Below are positions 9,919 to 20,992 of a stretch of DNA of 64,000 nt, in pieces. The position numbers and the translations under genes are program-made. Numbering within the stretch: position 1 is the first letter of the stretch; each line of letters opens with the position of its first letter. This DNA is from Candidatus Gottesmanbacteria bacterium RIFCSPLOWO2_01_FULL_43_11b (GTDB lineage: Bacteria; Patescibacteriota; Microgenomatia; UBA10105; UBA927), in NCBI GenBank assembly GCA_001780985.1, contig MFJV01000001.1, forward strand, positions 913,609-977,608. The letters run 5' to 3'. The notes under the pieces are model-generated. The model was not told the DNA's origin and ran no database searches. It was given only the letters and a program-made list of their open reading frames with translations.

Positions 9919-11009
9919 AAATTCTTTTTGTTTCAGCAGTACTTCCATGGCCGCTTCATTCAGGGGGACAAATACGAATATACAATCTCTTAAAACGCTT
10001 GGGGAAGAAACACGAAATAACACTTGTCTCATTCATTCGACACCCTGAAGAACTTTCATATCTTAAAGAACTTTCATTTTGCCGATACGTATACATGATC
10101 CACCGCGGATCTGCATGGCAGCCTCGGTACATAATGAGTACCGCCGGCAGATATCCGTTTTTATTGGCAACGTACAACAATGCGGAAATGAAAAATCTTA
10201 TTACCGGTCTTATGAAAAAAAATACGTATGATCTTATTCACCTCGAGCCTTTCTACGTTTGGCCGTCACTGCCCAAAACAGAAACCCCGGTTATCGTTGG
10301 AGAACATAACATCGAATATGAAATATACCAAGAGTACGTGCGACGGTTTCCAATTTTACCCCTGCGGCCATTTTTATATCTCGACACAATCAAGCTCAAA
10401 TTTTGGGAGGAATATGTGTGGCGCAAAGCTTCCGCGATTACCGCTGTTTCAGAACATGATAAAAAGGTAATTCGTAAAGTAAATAGCAACGTTTACCCTG
10501 TGCCGAATGGTGTCGACATACAGTCATTTCCATTCAAACCTAAGAAAACAAGAAGACTTCTGTTTTTGTATACGGGAAATTTTAAATGGATGGAAAACAG
10601 AGATGCGGCTCAAAATATTGTCCAAAATTACTGGCCAACGATTAAAAAGCAGTACCCTAACGCAAGGCTTCGAATTGTAGGCAAGGGTGCGCCGGATGGT
10701 GGGGTTGCAAGTATTGTCGATGAGTTACACAATGCCGATATTATGTTGGCTCCGATTCGGATTGGCGGCGGAACAAAATTTAAGATTCTTGAAGCGATGG
10801 CAACGGGATTGCCGGTTGTCACGACGACTGTTGGTGCGCAAGGTTTGGATACCGACTGTTTGTGGATCGCGGACCACGTCGATCAATTGAATATCGCCGA
10901 GGTTCTCAAGGATACGAAAAAAATAAAAAAGGCAAGGGATGTAGTCGAACAGCAATACAATTGGGATAAAATTACTTTACAGTTAGATCACGTATGGACC
11001 TCTCTATAG
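9915..11009 (+). CDS. Glycosyltransferase family 4
   Basis: SGGQIR, HNIEY, GGGTKFKILEAM. Confidence 0.9.
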   Translation: MKILFVSAVLPWPLHSGGQIRIYNLLKRLGKKHEITLVSFIRHPEELSYLKELSFCRYVYMIHRGSAWQPRYIMSTAGRYPFLLATYNNAEMKNLITGLMKKNTYDLIHLEPFYVWPSLPKTETPVIVGEHNIEYEIYQEYVRRFPILPLRPFLYLDTIKLKFWEEYVWRKASAITAVSEHDKKVIRKVNSNVYPVPNGVDIQSFPFKPKKTRRLLFLYTGNFKWMENRDAAQNIVQNYWPTIKKQYPNARLRIVGKGAPDGGVASIVDELHNADIMLAPIRIGGGTKFKILEAMATGLPVVTTTVGAQGLDTDCLWIADHVDQLNIAEVLKDTKKIKKARDVVEQQYNWDKITLQLDHVWTSL

Positions 11010-11863
11010 TCATTCTCAATTACAACACTGTTGACTTGACACGGATATGTCTCCAAACAGTGTTTGCCTCCAACCTCGGAAAATATACCATGGAAGTAAT
11101 TGTATGCGATAACGGCAGTAGCGACGGAAGTTTGGAGATGATTAAGAAAGAATTCCCTCAGGTAATCCTCATCGATAACAAAAAAAATCTGGGCTTTGCG
11201 GCAGGGAATAATCCCGGGATAAAACGGGCAAAGGGCAGGTATATTCTTCTCCTAAACACCGATATAGAAATTCCGAAAGATACAATTCGGGTGATGCTCG
11301 AGTTTATGGACGGCAGTCCTCAAGTAGGAGTATCAACATGTAAACTACAGCTGCCCGAAGGCTCCATGGACCCTGCCTGTCACAGGGGATTCCCAACACC
11401 TTGGGCAGCATTTACGTACATGAGTGGTCTGGAAAAAATATTTCCCCACACAAAACTTTTCGGAGAGTATCACCAGGGATATAAAGATTTAAAAACCATT
11501 CATGAAGTTGATTGCATCGTTGGTGCATTTTTCCTGGTGAGAAGAGAAGTAATTAAAGAGGTTGGACTACTTGATGAAGACTATTTTATGTATGCAGAAG
11601 ATATTGATTGGTGTTACCGGATAAGAGAGGCAGGTTGGAAGATTATGTTCAATCCAAAAGTTACAATGCTCCATAAGAAAAAACAAAGCGGACGGGCAAA
11701 TATTTTGCGCAAACGCCGCGTCATAACGGAGATCTATTTCCATAAATACAACTGGCTTTTTTACAAAAAGCACTATGCGAAAAAATACGGATCCTTTGTT
11801 TCCATACCCGTCAATATCTTCTACGCGACACGTTTATTTTTTCTTGAAAAACTCGGTCTATGA
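10994..11863 (+). CDS. Glycosyltransferase family 2 (WbbL-like)
   Basis: DNGSSDGS, NLGFAAGNN, FMYAEDIDWC. Confidence 0.9.
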   Translation: MDLSIVILNYNTVDLTRICLQTVFASNLGKYTMEVIVCDNGSSDGSLEMIKKEFPQVILIDNKKNLGFAAGNNPGIKRAKGRYILLLNTDIEIPKDTIRVMLEFMDGSPQVGVSTCKLQLPEGSMDPACHRGFPTPWAAFTYMSGLEKIFPHTKLFGEYHQGYKDLKTIHEVDCIVGAFFLVRREVIKEVGLLDEDYFMYAEDIDWCYRIREAGWKIMFNPKVTMLHKKKQSGRANILRKRRVITEIYFHKYNWLFYKKHYAKKYGSFVSIPVNIFYATRLFFLEKLGL

Positions 11864-12900
11864 AAATTGGTATTGACGCGAGACTTATTGAAGAAACAGG
11901 AGTCGGCCGCTATATTCAAAACCTTATACGGGAACTCGGGCAAATTGATAAGGAAAATACCTACGTAGTATTTTTACGGAAGAATTATCAATTACCAAAT
12001 AATCGTTGGTCAACCCGCATTGTTGACGTGCCGTGGCATAGCATTAGTGAACAACTGGAGATGCCGAAAATACTTTCGCAAGAAAAACTAGATCTTGTCC
12101 ACATTCCATATCACAATCCGCCAATTTTCTATAACGGCAAAATAGTTATCACTATCCACGATTTAACGATCCTCCATTTTGATACTGGACGCGCAACAAC
12201 ATTGCCGTATCCAATATATAGACTTAAGCGATTAGGGTATTATACGGAGCTTGCCATCGGACTGCGGAGAGCAAAGAAAATTATTACAGTATCGGCGACA
12301 ACAAAACAAGAAATCGTGAATCATTTTCATATTGATCCCGAAATAATTACTGTGACTCCCGAAGCAGCAGATGTAGGGATAAGTCGCGGTAAGAGGCTAG
12401 TTGCAGACGAGTATATATTATATGTGGGCAATGCTTATCCCCATAAGAATCTTGATGCTCTTTTCGATGCGTGGCCGGGGAAAATAGTTTTGGCAACGCC
12501 CGATGATTACTTCTCAAAAAGACTTGCGAAACGTAAAAATGTATTCATGTTTGGGGAGGCAAGTAAAGATGAACTTGCTAATCTCTATACATATGCCCAT
12601 GCATTAGTATTCCCGTCTCTTATGGAAGGATTTGGACTTCCCGGAATTGAAGCAATGGCAATTGGCACACCGGTTATATGTTCTGATATCCAGGTATTTC
12701 GTGAAATGTATGGGAATGCGGCTGTTATGTTTAATCCAAATGACTCAAACGATATAGCAAAAAAAATAAAAGAAGTTTTGGGAAACGAAAAACTGCGGAA
12801 AGATTTAATTGCAAAGGGAAAAAAGCAGGCTTCAAAATACTCCTGGCGCAAAATGGCGGAACAGACACTCAAAATCTATGAAAGTAGCTCTCGTCTATGA
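11860..12900 (+). CDS. Glycosyltransferase family 4
   Basis: TIHDL, GNAYPHKN, PSLMEGFGLPGIEAM. Confidence 0.9.
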   Translation: MKIGIDARLIEETGVGRYIQNLIRELGQIDKENTYVVFLRKNYQLPNNRWSTRIVDVPWHSISEQLEMPKILSQEKLDLVHIPYHNPPIFYNGKIVITIHDLTILHFDTGRATTLPYPIYRLKRLGYYTELAIGLRRAKKIITVSATTKQEIVNHFHIDPEIITVTPEAADVGISRGKRLVADEYILYVGNAYPHKNLDALFDAWPGKIVLATPDDYFSKRLAKRKNVFMFGEASKDELANLYTYAHALVFPSLMEGFGLPGIEAMAIGTPVICSDIQVFREMYGNAAVMFNPNDSNDIAKKIKEVLGNEKLRKDLIAKGKKQASKYSWRKMAEQTLKIYESSSRL

Positions 12901-13945
12901 CCGTGTAAATAAATGGGGAGGGGCGGAGAGGGTGCTGCTGGCACTCCATGAGATTTGGCCTGATGCGCCGCTCTATACAGCTGTCTACGATGAAAAACAA
13001 GCCCCCTGGGCAAAGGTTTTTCAAGTAAAACCATCTTTTTTACAGCACTTTCCCTTTGCCAAAAGCTACCACGAACTCTACCCGTGGTTAACTCCCATGG
13101 CTTTTGAGACGTTTAATTTTGGTGAGTTTGACGTAGTCATTTCCATAACGAGCGCAGAAGCCAAAGGTATTATCACAAAGCCAAAAACACTCCATATCTG
13201 CTATTGTCTTACCCCAACTCGCTACCTTTGGAGCGGGAAAGATGTATACGAGAACACTCCCGGAATGTGGGGACTTGGTTTACGCGTGTGGGGACCAACA
13301 CTTCGAAAATGGGATCTTGTAGCATCAAGTCGCCCCGATCACTACATAGCAATCTCAAAACGGGTGAAAGATAGAATTAAGAAATATTATCAAAGGGATT
13401 CTGACGTTATCTATCCTCCGGTAGATATCTTTCAATCAACAAGCAGTAAAAGCGAATATTTTCTTGTTGTTTCACGGTTCGTCGGTTATAAAAGAGTCGA
13501 TATTATTATTGATGCTTTTAACCATCTCGGATGGCCTTTAGTCATTATTGGAGACGGATTACAGAGAAAAGAACTGCAGGAAAGAGCCGATAAAAACATC
13601 CGATTTATCGATCGGCATTTGACAGAAGAAGAATTACACGCCTATTATGGAAATTGCCGAGCACTTATCTCCGCTGCAGACGAAGATTTTGGTATTGCAG
13701 CAGTTGAAGCAATGGGTGCCGGCAAACCGGTTATCTCATTTTCGGAAAGCGGAATCTCGGAAGTCGTTGAATCAGGGAAAACCGGTATTTTTTTTGAAGA
13801 ACAAAACAAACGTGCTATTATCAGTGCTCTTCAAACGTTTATTAAAAAAAGATTCGATCCGGAATTTTGCAGGAAACAAGCACAGCGGTTTGCCAAAGAA
13901 AGATTTAAGAAAGAATTTAAGAATAAAATACTTTCACTCGTATGA
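12878..13945 (+). CDS. Glycosyltransferase family 4 (WbaZ-like mannosyltransferase)
   Basis: GGAERVL, YCLTPTRYLW, EDFGIAAVEAM. Confidence 0.88.
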   Translation: MKVALVYDRVNKWGGAERVLLALHEIWPDAPLYTAVYDEKQAPWAKVFQVKPSFLQHFPFAKSYHELYPWLTPMAFETFNFGEFDVVISITSAEAKGIITKPKTLHICYCLTPTRYLWSGKDVYENTPGMWGLGLRVWGPTLRKWDLVASSRPDHYIAISKRVKDRIKKYYQRDSDVIYPPVDIFQSTSSKSEYFLVVSRFVGYKRVDIIIDAFNHLGWPLVIIGDGLQRKELQERADKNIRFIDRHLTEEELHAYYGNCRALISAADEDFGIAAVEAMGAGKPVISFSESGISEVVESGKTGIFFEEQNKRAIISALQTFIKKRFDPEFCRKQAQRFAKERFKKEFKNKILSLV

Positions 13946-15015
13946 AGACAATTATTTTTGCAGGAGGGGTTGGGACAAGACTATGGCCGCTTTCACGGAA
14001 AAAATCTCCCAAGCAATTTGAGAAAATTATCGGAAATAAATCCACGCTGCAGCTTGCAGCCGAACGCCTCCAGCCTGATTTTCCGTGGGATACCCTTTAT
14101 GTTTCAACGGGCAAAGCATACGTTTCCACAGTTGCTGACCAACTGGCAAAAGTTCCTGAGAGTCACATTATAGGGGAGCCTGAAATGCGTGACGTTGGTC
14201 CTGCGGTGGGGCTTATGACTGCACTACTTGCGCGTGAATCTCCCAATGAACCTATGGCTATTATTTGGAGTGATCATCTCGTCAAAAACGTAGAATTATT
14301 TCGCAAAATTCTGGTTAACGCCGGAAAAATTATAGAAAAAAAGGGAGACCGGATTGTTTTTGTTGCACAAAAACCCCGCTTTGCAAGTGAGAATCTTGGC
14401 TGGATAGAGTATGGGAAAGAAGTTATACGAGAAAATGGTACTGCATTTCATGAATTCGTTGATTTCCAGTATAGACCGGACCCGGAAACTGCAAAAAAGT
14501 ATTATAAGAGCGGCCACCACGCATGGAATCTTGGATATTTCGTTACCACCCCCAAGTTCTTATGGTCTCTCTATGAACGGTTTGTACCAAATCTTGCAAA
14601 GGGACTAAAAGATATTGTAAAAAGCGAAAAATTTCAACAGACTCTGGAAAAAATATATCCAACGCTTGAAAAAATAAGCTTTGATAATGCAATTTTAGAG
14701 AGTCTCAATCCGAAAGATGCACTTGTTATCTCAGAAAATATTGAATGGAGTGATATAGGAGCCTGGGAAGCGCTTAAAGAAGCACTTGAAAATAGCACGG
14801 ATAAAAACGTAACGCAGGGAAAAGTCATGCTTACGGATACGAGCGATAGTCTCGTTTATAACTACACAAATCAAACAGTCACCACGATCGATGTAAAAGG
14901 AATGCTCGTTGTTGTTACCGATGACGTTGTGTTGGTTTGCCCGAAAGGATCAGTCCCCAAAATCAAAAAATTCGTTGAAAGTCTCTCGGGCACAAAAAAC
15001 GAACATCTTGTTTAA
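13942..15015 (+). CDS. manC: Mannose-1-phosphate guanylyltransferase
   Basis: AGGVGTRLWPLSR..PKQF, SDH, ISFD, WSDIGAW. Confidence 0.88.
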   Translation: MKTIIFAGGVGTRLWPLSRKKSPKQFEKIIGNKSTLQLAAERLQPDFPWDTLYVSTGKAYVSTVADQLAKVPESHIIGEPEMRDVGPAVGLMTALLARESPNEPMAIIWSDHLVKNVELFRKILVNAGKIIEKKGDRIVFVAQKPRFASENLGWIEYGKEVIRENGTAFHEFVDFQYRPDPETAKKYYKSGHHAWNLGYFVTTPKFLWSLYERFVPNLAKGLKDIVKSEKFQQTLEKIYPTLEKISFDNAILESLNPKDALVISENIEWSDIGAWEALKEALENSTDKNVTQGKVMLTDTSDSLVYNYTNQTVTTIDVKGMLVVVTDDVVLVCPKGSVPKIKKFVESLSGTKNEHLV

Positions 15016-15022
15016 ACAACCC

Positions 15023-15661
15023 ATGCTGTATTCTTTTACAAAACGAATTATTGATATTGTGGGAGCAACGATTCTCCTCATTTTCTTTTTCCCCATATGT
15101 ATTCTGGTAGCACTCGCCATAAAACTTGACCGACCCGGACCGATTTTTGCCGATACGCCGGAGCGTGTTGGGCAAGGCGGAAAGCCATTTAAACTTTTTA
15201 AATTCCGCTCCATGATAATGAACGCACACAAAAAATTACGGCAGGATCCGCGAATGGCACGGCTCTATCAGGAGTATAAGCGGGGTAGCTACAAGTTACG
15301 TCATGATCCCCGGGTAACCCGAGTCGGCAGGTTTATCAGAAAGCACTCACTCGATGAAATCCCCCAACTACTTAATGTTTTACGGGGCGATATGAGTTTG
15401 GTCGGTCCGAGGCCGTACTACCCGGACGAACTAGTTGAACAACAACGGAAATACCCGAACACAAAAAATCTCGTCAAAGTAGTGCTTTCGGCAAAACCCG
15501 GGATAACAGGCTACTGGCAGGTATCAGGGAGAAGCGAGGTCAATTTTGATAAACGGATTAAAATGGATGCAGATTACGTCAAGAGGGAATCGTTATTTCT
15601 TGACCTCCTCATTCTCGCCAAAAGCCCCTGGGCTATGATTTCCGGAAAGGGTGCAGTTTGA
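15023..15661 (+). CDS. Undecaprenyl-phosphate sugar phosphotransferase (priming sugar transferase)
   Basis: KRIIDI, KFRSM, DPRVT..G.FIRK.SLDE.PQ..NVL.GDMSLVGPRP, KPGITG.WQ. Confidence 0.93.
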   Translation: MLYSFTKRIIDIVGATILLIFFFPICILVALAIKLDRPGPIFADTPERVGQGGKPFKLFKFRSMIMNAHKKLRQDPRMARLYQEYKRGSYKLRHDPRVTRVGRFIRKHSLDEIPQLLNVLRGDMSLVGPRPYYPDELVEQQRKYPNTKNLVKVVLSAKPGITGYWQVSGRSEVNFDKRIKMDADYVKRESLFLDLLILAKSPWAMISGKGAV

Positions 15662-15686
15662 CATATAAAATATAAAGTGATAATGT
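15658..15686 (+). promoter_or_regulatory. sigma70-like leaderless promoter
   Basis: TTGACA-17-TAATGT-tagcgcc-ATG. Confidence 0.6.
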
Positions 15687-15693
15687 TAGCGCC

Positions 15694-15936
15694 ATGACGG
15701 GCCGACTATTTAAGGAATCGATTAACGACGAACAGAGTATCAATTTTTTTCAGGACGGTGCAGTTTTCTATACGGCTGATGCCGGAAGACTCCCAATAAC
15801 CATTAAGTTTAAGAAAGAGGGGTTTACTGTTATCTATCGAGAATCAAGAGGGGTAGAAAATCACCAACCTCCCATTGATGTGAACCCGACAGAAACTTTT
15901 GAGTTGGCATCGGGAAAAATCCTTCTTGCAGAATAA
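15694..15936 (+). CDS. Hypothetical protein (80 aa)
   Basis: ORF with its own promoter; no recognisable motif. Confidence 0.55.
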   Translation: MTGRLFKESINDEQSINFFQDGAVFYTADAGRLPITIKFKKEGFTVIYRESRGVENHQPPIDVNPTETFELASGKILLAE

Positions 15937-15985
15937 TTTTCTCCCCCCGTTGACAAATTACCCTGAAACAGGAACAATATATAAC

Positions 15986-17938
15986 ATGCCCGATGAGCTT
16001 AAAAAAATAGATTTACCAATAGACTCCCCAATCAAGCCGGAATCTCCAAAGCGCAAAATTAACTGGAAAAAGTTGAAGGTGCCTGCAATTATAATTGGCG
16101 CAATTTTTCTCCTCCTTCTCATTCTCCTTTTACCCCTTCGAGGCGTTATTGCCCAAGGACGGCAGGCGGTTGCGGCTGGCAGGCTGTTATTAGAAGCAGC
16201 TAAAAATCAGGATTTAGCTAAAGCCAAAGAAGGACTGGCCGCAACAAGAAAAGAATTAGAAGACGTACAGCGAGAATTTAATAAGATTAGATTTCTCAAG
16301 TTTATTCCGTATATCGCTGATTTAGAGCATGGGATTAATGCTGCACTTGCCGGAATTTCTGCAGGAGACAAAGCGATTGAAGCGCTCGAACCAAATGCGG
16401 ACCTTTTGGGACTCAAAGGGGAGAGTAAGTTTGTGCAGGGATCAGCAGATGACCGCATCCAAACAGCAGTCAAAACAATGAGCGCCTTAACTCCGAAAGT
16501 TAACGAAATGGCATTGCACATCGATACATTACGAAAAGAACTTAACCAGATTAATCCGAACCGCTATCCAAAAAAGATTGGCAAAACCGTGATACGCGAG
16601 CGTCTTGCATCCACTAAAGAAACAGTTGAAAACGCAGCAAATTTATTCGTCAATGCCCAGCCACTTCTTATAAACCTTCCTGCAATGCTTGGGGAACCAC
16701 AAACAAGACGGTATCTCATCCTTTTCCAAAATGACAAAGAACTTCGGGCAACCGGCGGATTTATTACTGCTTATGCCCAGTTTCGTCTGGAGCGGGGCAA
16801 GATGATTTTAGAAAGAGCCGATGATATTTATAATCTCGACAACGCAAAACGAAAAACTTTTCCAGCTCCCCGCGAGATTACAACATTTCATAAAGGCGTC
16901 TATACGTTAAATATCAGAGATAGCAACCTTTCACCTGACTTTAAACTTTCCATGCAAAAATTTGAGGAGATTTATGACACAGTGAGCGGGAAAGAAGCAA
17001 TTGACGGAATTATCACTGTTGATACACATGTCTTGGTTGAGGCATTCAAGATTCTTGGTCCAATGAACGTTTACGGCCGAGAATTTAGTGCAGAAATTGA
17101 TAAGCGTTGTGACTGCCCGCGAGCGGTTTATGAACTTGAGGATTATTCAACCAGGCCGGTAGGATACGTCCGCGACGCACGGAAAGATATTATTGGTGTA
17201 CTTTTGCAGTCACTCATGCAAAAAGCACTCGGCGTCTCACCATCTCAATATTGGGGGAAACTTTTCCAGATGTTAATTGCTGAAATTAACCAAAAGCATG
17301 TGTTGGGTTACTTCCTTGAAGAAAACGCCCAAAAGGCAGCAGAGAGCTTTAACATGGCAGGCCGGATTATGACCGCAACCGAAACCGCAACACTTCTTAA
17401 ATACCAAGAAGGAGGATGGGATTATATTCACATCAATAACAGCAATATGGCTGGGGCAAAAGCGAACATGTTTGTCTCCCAAAAGGTGACCAAAGATACG
17501 ACAGTAAATGGCAACACGGCAACAACAAAGCTTACGGTTGAATATAAAAATCCGTATCCGGGCAGCGACTGCGGACTGGAAAGCGGGGGGCTATGTCTTA
17601 ATGCACCTCTTCGAAACTGGGTGAGAATTTACGTACCGGCAGGCAGTAAACTAACGGAGAGTAAAGGCAGCCAATCGCCTAAAGATAATCAGCCAGTGCC
17701 ATTGGACGCCTACGATGATCTCGGTAAAACCGTTTTTGAAGGGTTTCTCATAGTCAATCCTATGGGAACAGCACGACTGGATCTTACCTATACTTCACCC
17801 GTTAAATCAGAAGACGGTAAATACCACCTTCTCATCCAGAAACAGCCAGGAACTGAAGGAGACGAGTGGTTGATGAAATTAGCAGGTCGAGAAAAAAAGA
17901 AATTCATGCTCGAAACAGATACAGAACTTGCCCTCTAA
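15986..17938 (+). CDS. DUF4012-domain membrane-anchored protein
   Basis: N-terminal TM; YLILFQN..ELR.TGGF, RDSN.SPDF, QKQPG motifs. Confidence 0.82.
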   Translation: MPDELKKIDLPIDSPIKPESPKRKINWKKLKVPAIIIGAIFLLLLILLLPLRGVIAQGRQAVAAGRLLLEAAKNQDLAKAKEGLAATRKELEDVQREFNKIRFLKFIPYIADLEHGINAALAGISAGDKAIEALEPNADLLGLKGESKFVQGSADDRIQTAVKTMSALTPKVNEMALHIDTLRKELNQINPNRYPKKIGKTVIRERLASTKETVENAANLFVNAQPLLINLPAMLGEPQTRRYLILFQNDKELRATGGFITAYAQFRLERGKMILERADDIYNLDNAKRKTFPAPREITTFHKGVYTLNIRDSNLSPDFKLSMQKFEEIYDTVSGKEAIDGIITVDTHVLVEAFKILGPMNVYGREFSAEIDKRCDCPRAVYELEDYSTRPVGYVRDARKDIIGVLLQSLMQKALGVSPSQYWGKLFQMLIAEINQKHVLGYFLEENAQKAAESFNMAGRIMTATETATLLKYQEGGWDYIHINNSNMAGAKANMFVSQKVTKDTTVNGNTATTKLTVEYKNPYPGSDCGLESGGLCLNAPLRNWVRIYVPAGSKLTESKGSQSPKDNQPVPLDAYDDLGKTVFEGFLIVNPMGTARLDLTYTSPVKSEDGKYHLLIQKQPGTEGDEWLMKLAGREKKKFMLETDTELAL

Positions 17939-17942
17939 CTCC

Positions 17943-18506
17943 ATGAGTGTGCCTCGGGTTTACAAAGCAGATGCAATTATCCTTAAACGAAGGAATTTCG
18001 GTGAAACAGACAGGATCCTGACTGTATTTACTAAACAGTACGGCAAACTCCGGTTGATTGCCAAAGGTATCCGTAGAGTGACGAGTCGCAGAGCACCGCA
18101 TCTGGAAGTTTTTACCAGAGTGAACGTACTTATCTATCGAGGTGCATCATTAGATAGTCTTTCTGAAGTTATGCCAGTAGAGATTTACAAAAACATTCGA
18201 ACTGACCTTGGGAGAGTGAGTATTGCCTATCTCTATTGTGAACTTATTGACGCACTTCTCCCTGAGAAACAGGAACACAGGGATATATTTGATCTATTTG
18301 TGAACTCGCTTCACACACTTAATGGAAAAAACGCGAGCGATACATATCAAAATAGCAGGCAATTTGCGCTCGAACTATTGTGGAGATTGGGTTTTCTGCC
18401 CAGAAGCAAAACATTAAAGGGAGATACCCTCAAATCATTTATTGAAAGTATTACCGAGAAACGCCTCCGCACCCCCCCTTTTGCACGGCATATCGCTTCC
18501 TGGTAG
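17943..18506 (+). CDS. recO: DNA repair protein RecO (short, no C-terminal Zn finger)
   Basis: GETDRILTVFT...GK...AKG.R. Confidence 0.88.
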   Translation: MSVPRVYKADAIILKRRNFGETDRILTVFTKQYGKLRLIAKGIRRVTSRRAPHLEVFTRVNVLIYRGASLDSLSEVMPVEIYKNIRTDLGRVSIAYLYCELIDALLPEKQEHRDIFDLFVNSLHTLNGKNASDTYQNSRQFALELLWRLGFLPRSKTLKGDTLKSFIESITEKRLRTPPFARHIASW

Positions 18507-18509
18507 AAT
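18481..18509 (+). promoter_or_regulatory. sigma70-like leaderless promoter for glyS
   Basis: TTGCAC-17-(TGg)TAGAAT, 6 nt to ATG. Confidence 0.55.
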
Positions 18510-18515
18510 TTATCT

Positions 18516-19766
18516 ATGGTAGCACTTGATGCTGTTGTTTCACTTGCAAAACGAAGAGGATTTATTTATCCAGGAAGTGAGATTTACGGCGGATTAACAG
18601 GCTTTTGGGACTACGGACCACATGGCGCTGAACTTAAACGCAACCTCAAAAACGAATGGTGGAAGGCAATGGTATATGGCCGTGACGATGTTGTAGGACT
18701 TGATGCGGCAATTATCATGAATCCGAAAGTATGGGAAGCCTCAGGCCACACAAAAGCATTTGCCGATCCACTTATCGAATGTAAAGTATGTCATAAACGA
18801 TTTCGAGCGGATAATAAAGACATACTTAGTGCACATGAAAAAGAACACAAAGAAACTGTTTCGTGGACAGAAGCTAAACAATTTAATCTACTTACTGAAG
18901 TATATCTGGGTGTAACAGAACCAAAAGATAAAGCATACCTTCGCGGAGAAATAACACAAGGAGTATTTGTTAATTTTGCTAACGTCGTTGCTTCCTCCAG
19001 GGTGAAAATTCCATTCGGTATTGCTCAAATAGGGAAAGCATTCAGAAATGAAATAACTCCAGGAAACTTTACCTACAGAAGCAGGGAATTTGAACAGATG
19101 GAATTGGAGTATTTCGTAAAACCCGGAGAAGATAAATCGTTTGATTACTGGAAAAAGGAACGAATGAAATGGTATGTGTCCTTGGGGATGGATCAAAAAC
19201 ACCTGCGATTTCGTGATCATGAGGAGCATGAACGGGCTCACTACGCACGGTTTGCCACAGATATTGAGTATGAAGCGCCATTCGGGTGGAGTGAATTCGA
19301 GGGAATACATCACCGCGGGGATTTTGATTTAAAAAATCATAAGATTACCTATGAAGACTATACGCCATGGGTAATAGAAACCTCCGGGGGCGTGGATCGG
19401 GCAGCCCTCTTTTTTCTCCTTGAGGCATATCACGAAGAAGACAAGCGCGTCATCTTAAAACTTCACCCGCTCCTTGCGCCAATTAAGGTTGCTGTATTTC
19501 CGCTCGTTGCTAATAAACCACAACTGGTTGAGAAAGCGCAGAGTATTTATAGAGAACTCAAAAAGAATCTCGTTGTTTCCTGGGATGACCGGGGAAATAT
19601 AGGGAAGAGGTATCTTGCCCAGGATGAAATTGGAACTCCATGGTGTGTAACCATTGATTATGATACTCTAGAAAATGACACGGTAACCGTGCGTGATAGG
19701 GATACAACAAAACAGGAGCGAGTGAACGTGAGTAAGCTCGCTTCATACTTTTCTGAAAAACTATGA
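18516..19766 (+). CDS. glyS: Glycine--tRNA ligase, homodimeric alpha2 type
   Basis: SEIYGG, DYGP.G, QIGKAFRNEITP, REFEQME, DEIGTP. Confidence 0.95.
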   Translation: MVALDAVVSLAKRRGFIYPGSEIYGGLTGFWDYGPHGAELKRNLKNEWWKAMVYGRDDVVGLDAAIIMNPKVWEASGHTKAFADPLIECKVCHKRFRADNKDILSAHEKEHKETVSWTEAKQFNLLTEVYLGVTEPKDKAYLRGEITQGVFVNFANVVASSRVKIPFGIAQIGKAFRNEITPGNFTYRSREFEQMELEYFVKPGEDKSFDYWKKERMKWYVSLGMDQKHLRFRDHEEHERAHYARFATDIEYEAPFGWSEFEGIHHRGDFDLKNHKITYEDYTPWVIETSGGVDRAALFFLLEAYHEEDKRVILKLHPLLAPIKVAVFPLVANKPQLVEKAQSIYRELKKNLVVSWDDRGNIGKRYLAQDEIGTPWCVTIDYDTLENDTVTVRDRDTTKQERVNVSKLASYFSEKL

Positions 19767-20215
19767 ATAAAAAACTGCTCTATGCAATTTTAGGTATACT
19801 CCTCGTTATCTCAGGATTTGTTATTTTTAAGGCAATTACATCAAAGCCAGCAGAAGTTGTTGAAGAGGAACCAGTTGAGGTCTTACCGGAAGTTGATGCA
19901 TCAGTTATCGTCGACGTCACCAAAAGTCGGTCAAAAGATAATTCAGTAGTTCTTTCCATAGATGGATTGGGAGGAAAATATACGTCAATCACGTATGAAA
20001 TAAGTTACGATACCCAGGGAGTAGTCCAGGGAGTGACTAGCCAGCCGTTGAATATAAGCGGAAAAGATTCATTTACCCGCGAGGATATATATCTTGGAAC
20101 GTGCTCGAGGAATGTCTGCAGACCGCATTTAGGGGTTAAAAAAGTTTCCGTTGTTATCCAGTTTACCGACACATCAGGCTCCCGCAGCCGATTCTCCAAA
20201 GATTTTGACCTATAA
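19763..20215 (+). CDS. Membrane-anchored hypothetical protein
   Basis: N-terminal TM; LGTCSRNVC motif; ATGA overlap with glyS. Confidence 0.7.
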   Translation: MNKKLLYAILGILLVISGFVIFKAITSKPAEVVEEEPVEVLPEVDASVIVDVTKSRSKDNSVVLSIDGLGGKYTSITYEISYDTQGVVQGVTSQPLNISGKDSFTREDIYLGTCSRNVCRPHLGVKKVSVVIQFTDTSGSRSRFSKDFDL

Positions 20216-20216
20216 A

Positions 20217-20888
20217 TTATCTTGCAGATGCAGGAAGCTGTATTGGTTTTTGTGATTCTTGAAGCAATACGTTATCTACTTGTAATTTAAATGCCGGAGC
20301 TACACGACTCCTTGCATATTTATCCGGATCTCGAAAATCTGGATTAGGGATTATCCAATGTCGATCAAATTTTTCGTGTTTTAAGAATTTCATTAGAGAA
20401 TTCGTAGGATCTACTTTCAAGATTTCTAGAAATTTTACCCATGCGTCAATGGGATGAATTTGAAGACAAAGAACAGATGCTGCAGAAGTTCTTCCACTAG
20501 GTATGCCCTTAGGCGCATATATCGCAGCCCTTTCCCAACTGATGTTGCCAGCCATAACAGCAGTGCTGGTATCATTTCTGTGATCATTATAGTAGAACCC
20601 ATAAAGATGATAAGGTTGTGGCGTTGACTCAGTTGCCATGTGGCTTAAACGAGACGGTAAGATGTCTGTAAGTATATATGTTATGTCGTATTCTGTTGAA
20701 TAATTTGGGTAGCCCTGCTTAAAATGAGGTGTTTGAATGAATCGTGGACCCATTTGAAGACATTCTCCTTGAAAAGCGCCATACGAGACAGCAACGGTAT
20801 TTTTTACTGTTTTACCAATAATATCGGCGCTTCTTGCGCTTTCGTTTTTATTTCCCTGTAAGTCATCTTTCGCATCTAGATTAGTCAT
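20217..20888 (-). CDS. Hypothetical protein (223 aa)
   Basis: Long ORF; TGtTATAAT 9 nt upstream of ATG. Confidence 0.65.
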   Translation of the reverse strand: MTNLDAKDDLQGNKNESARSADIIGKTVKNTVAVSYGAFQGECLQMGPRFIQTPHFKQGYPNYSTEYDITYILTDILPSRLSHMATESTPQPYHLYGFYYNDHRNDTSTAVMAGNISWERAAIYAPKGIPSGRTSAASVLCLQIHPIDAWVKFLEILKVDPTNSLMKFLKHEKFDRHWIIPNPDFRDPDKYARSRVAPAFKLQVDNVLLQESQKPIQLPASAR

Positions 20889-20992
20889 GTGTCGACAATT
20901 ATAACAAATTTGATTCCGACACTTTATCACTTTTTATCACTTCGCAGATGGAATTGCTTTGCACAATGGTCTCCAAAGACTTCGACCTCTAA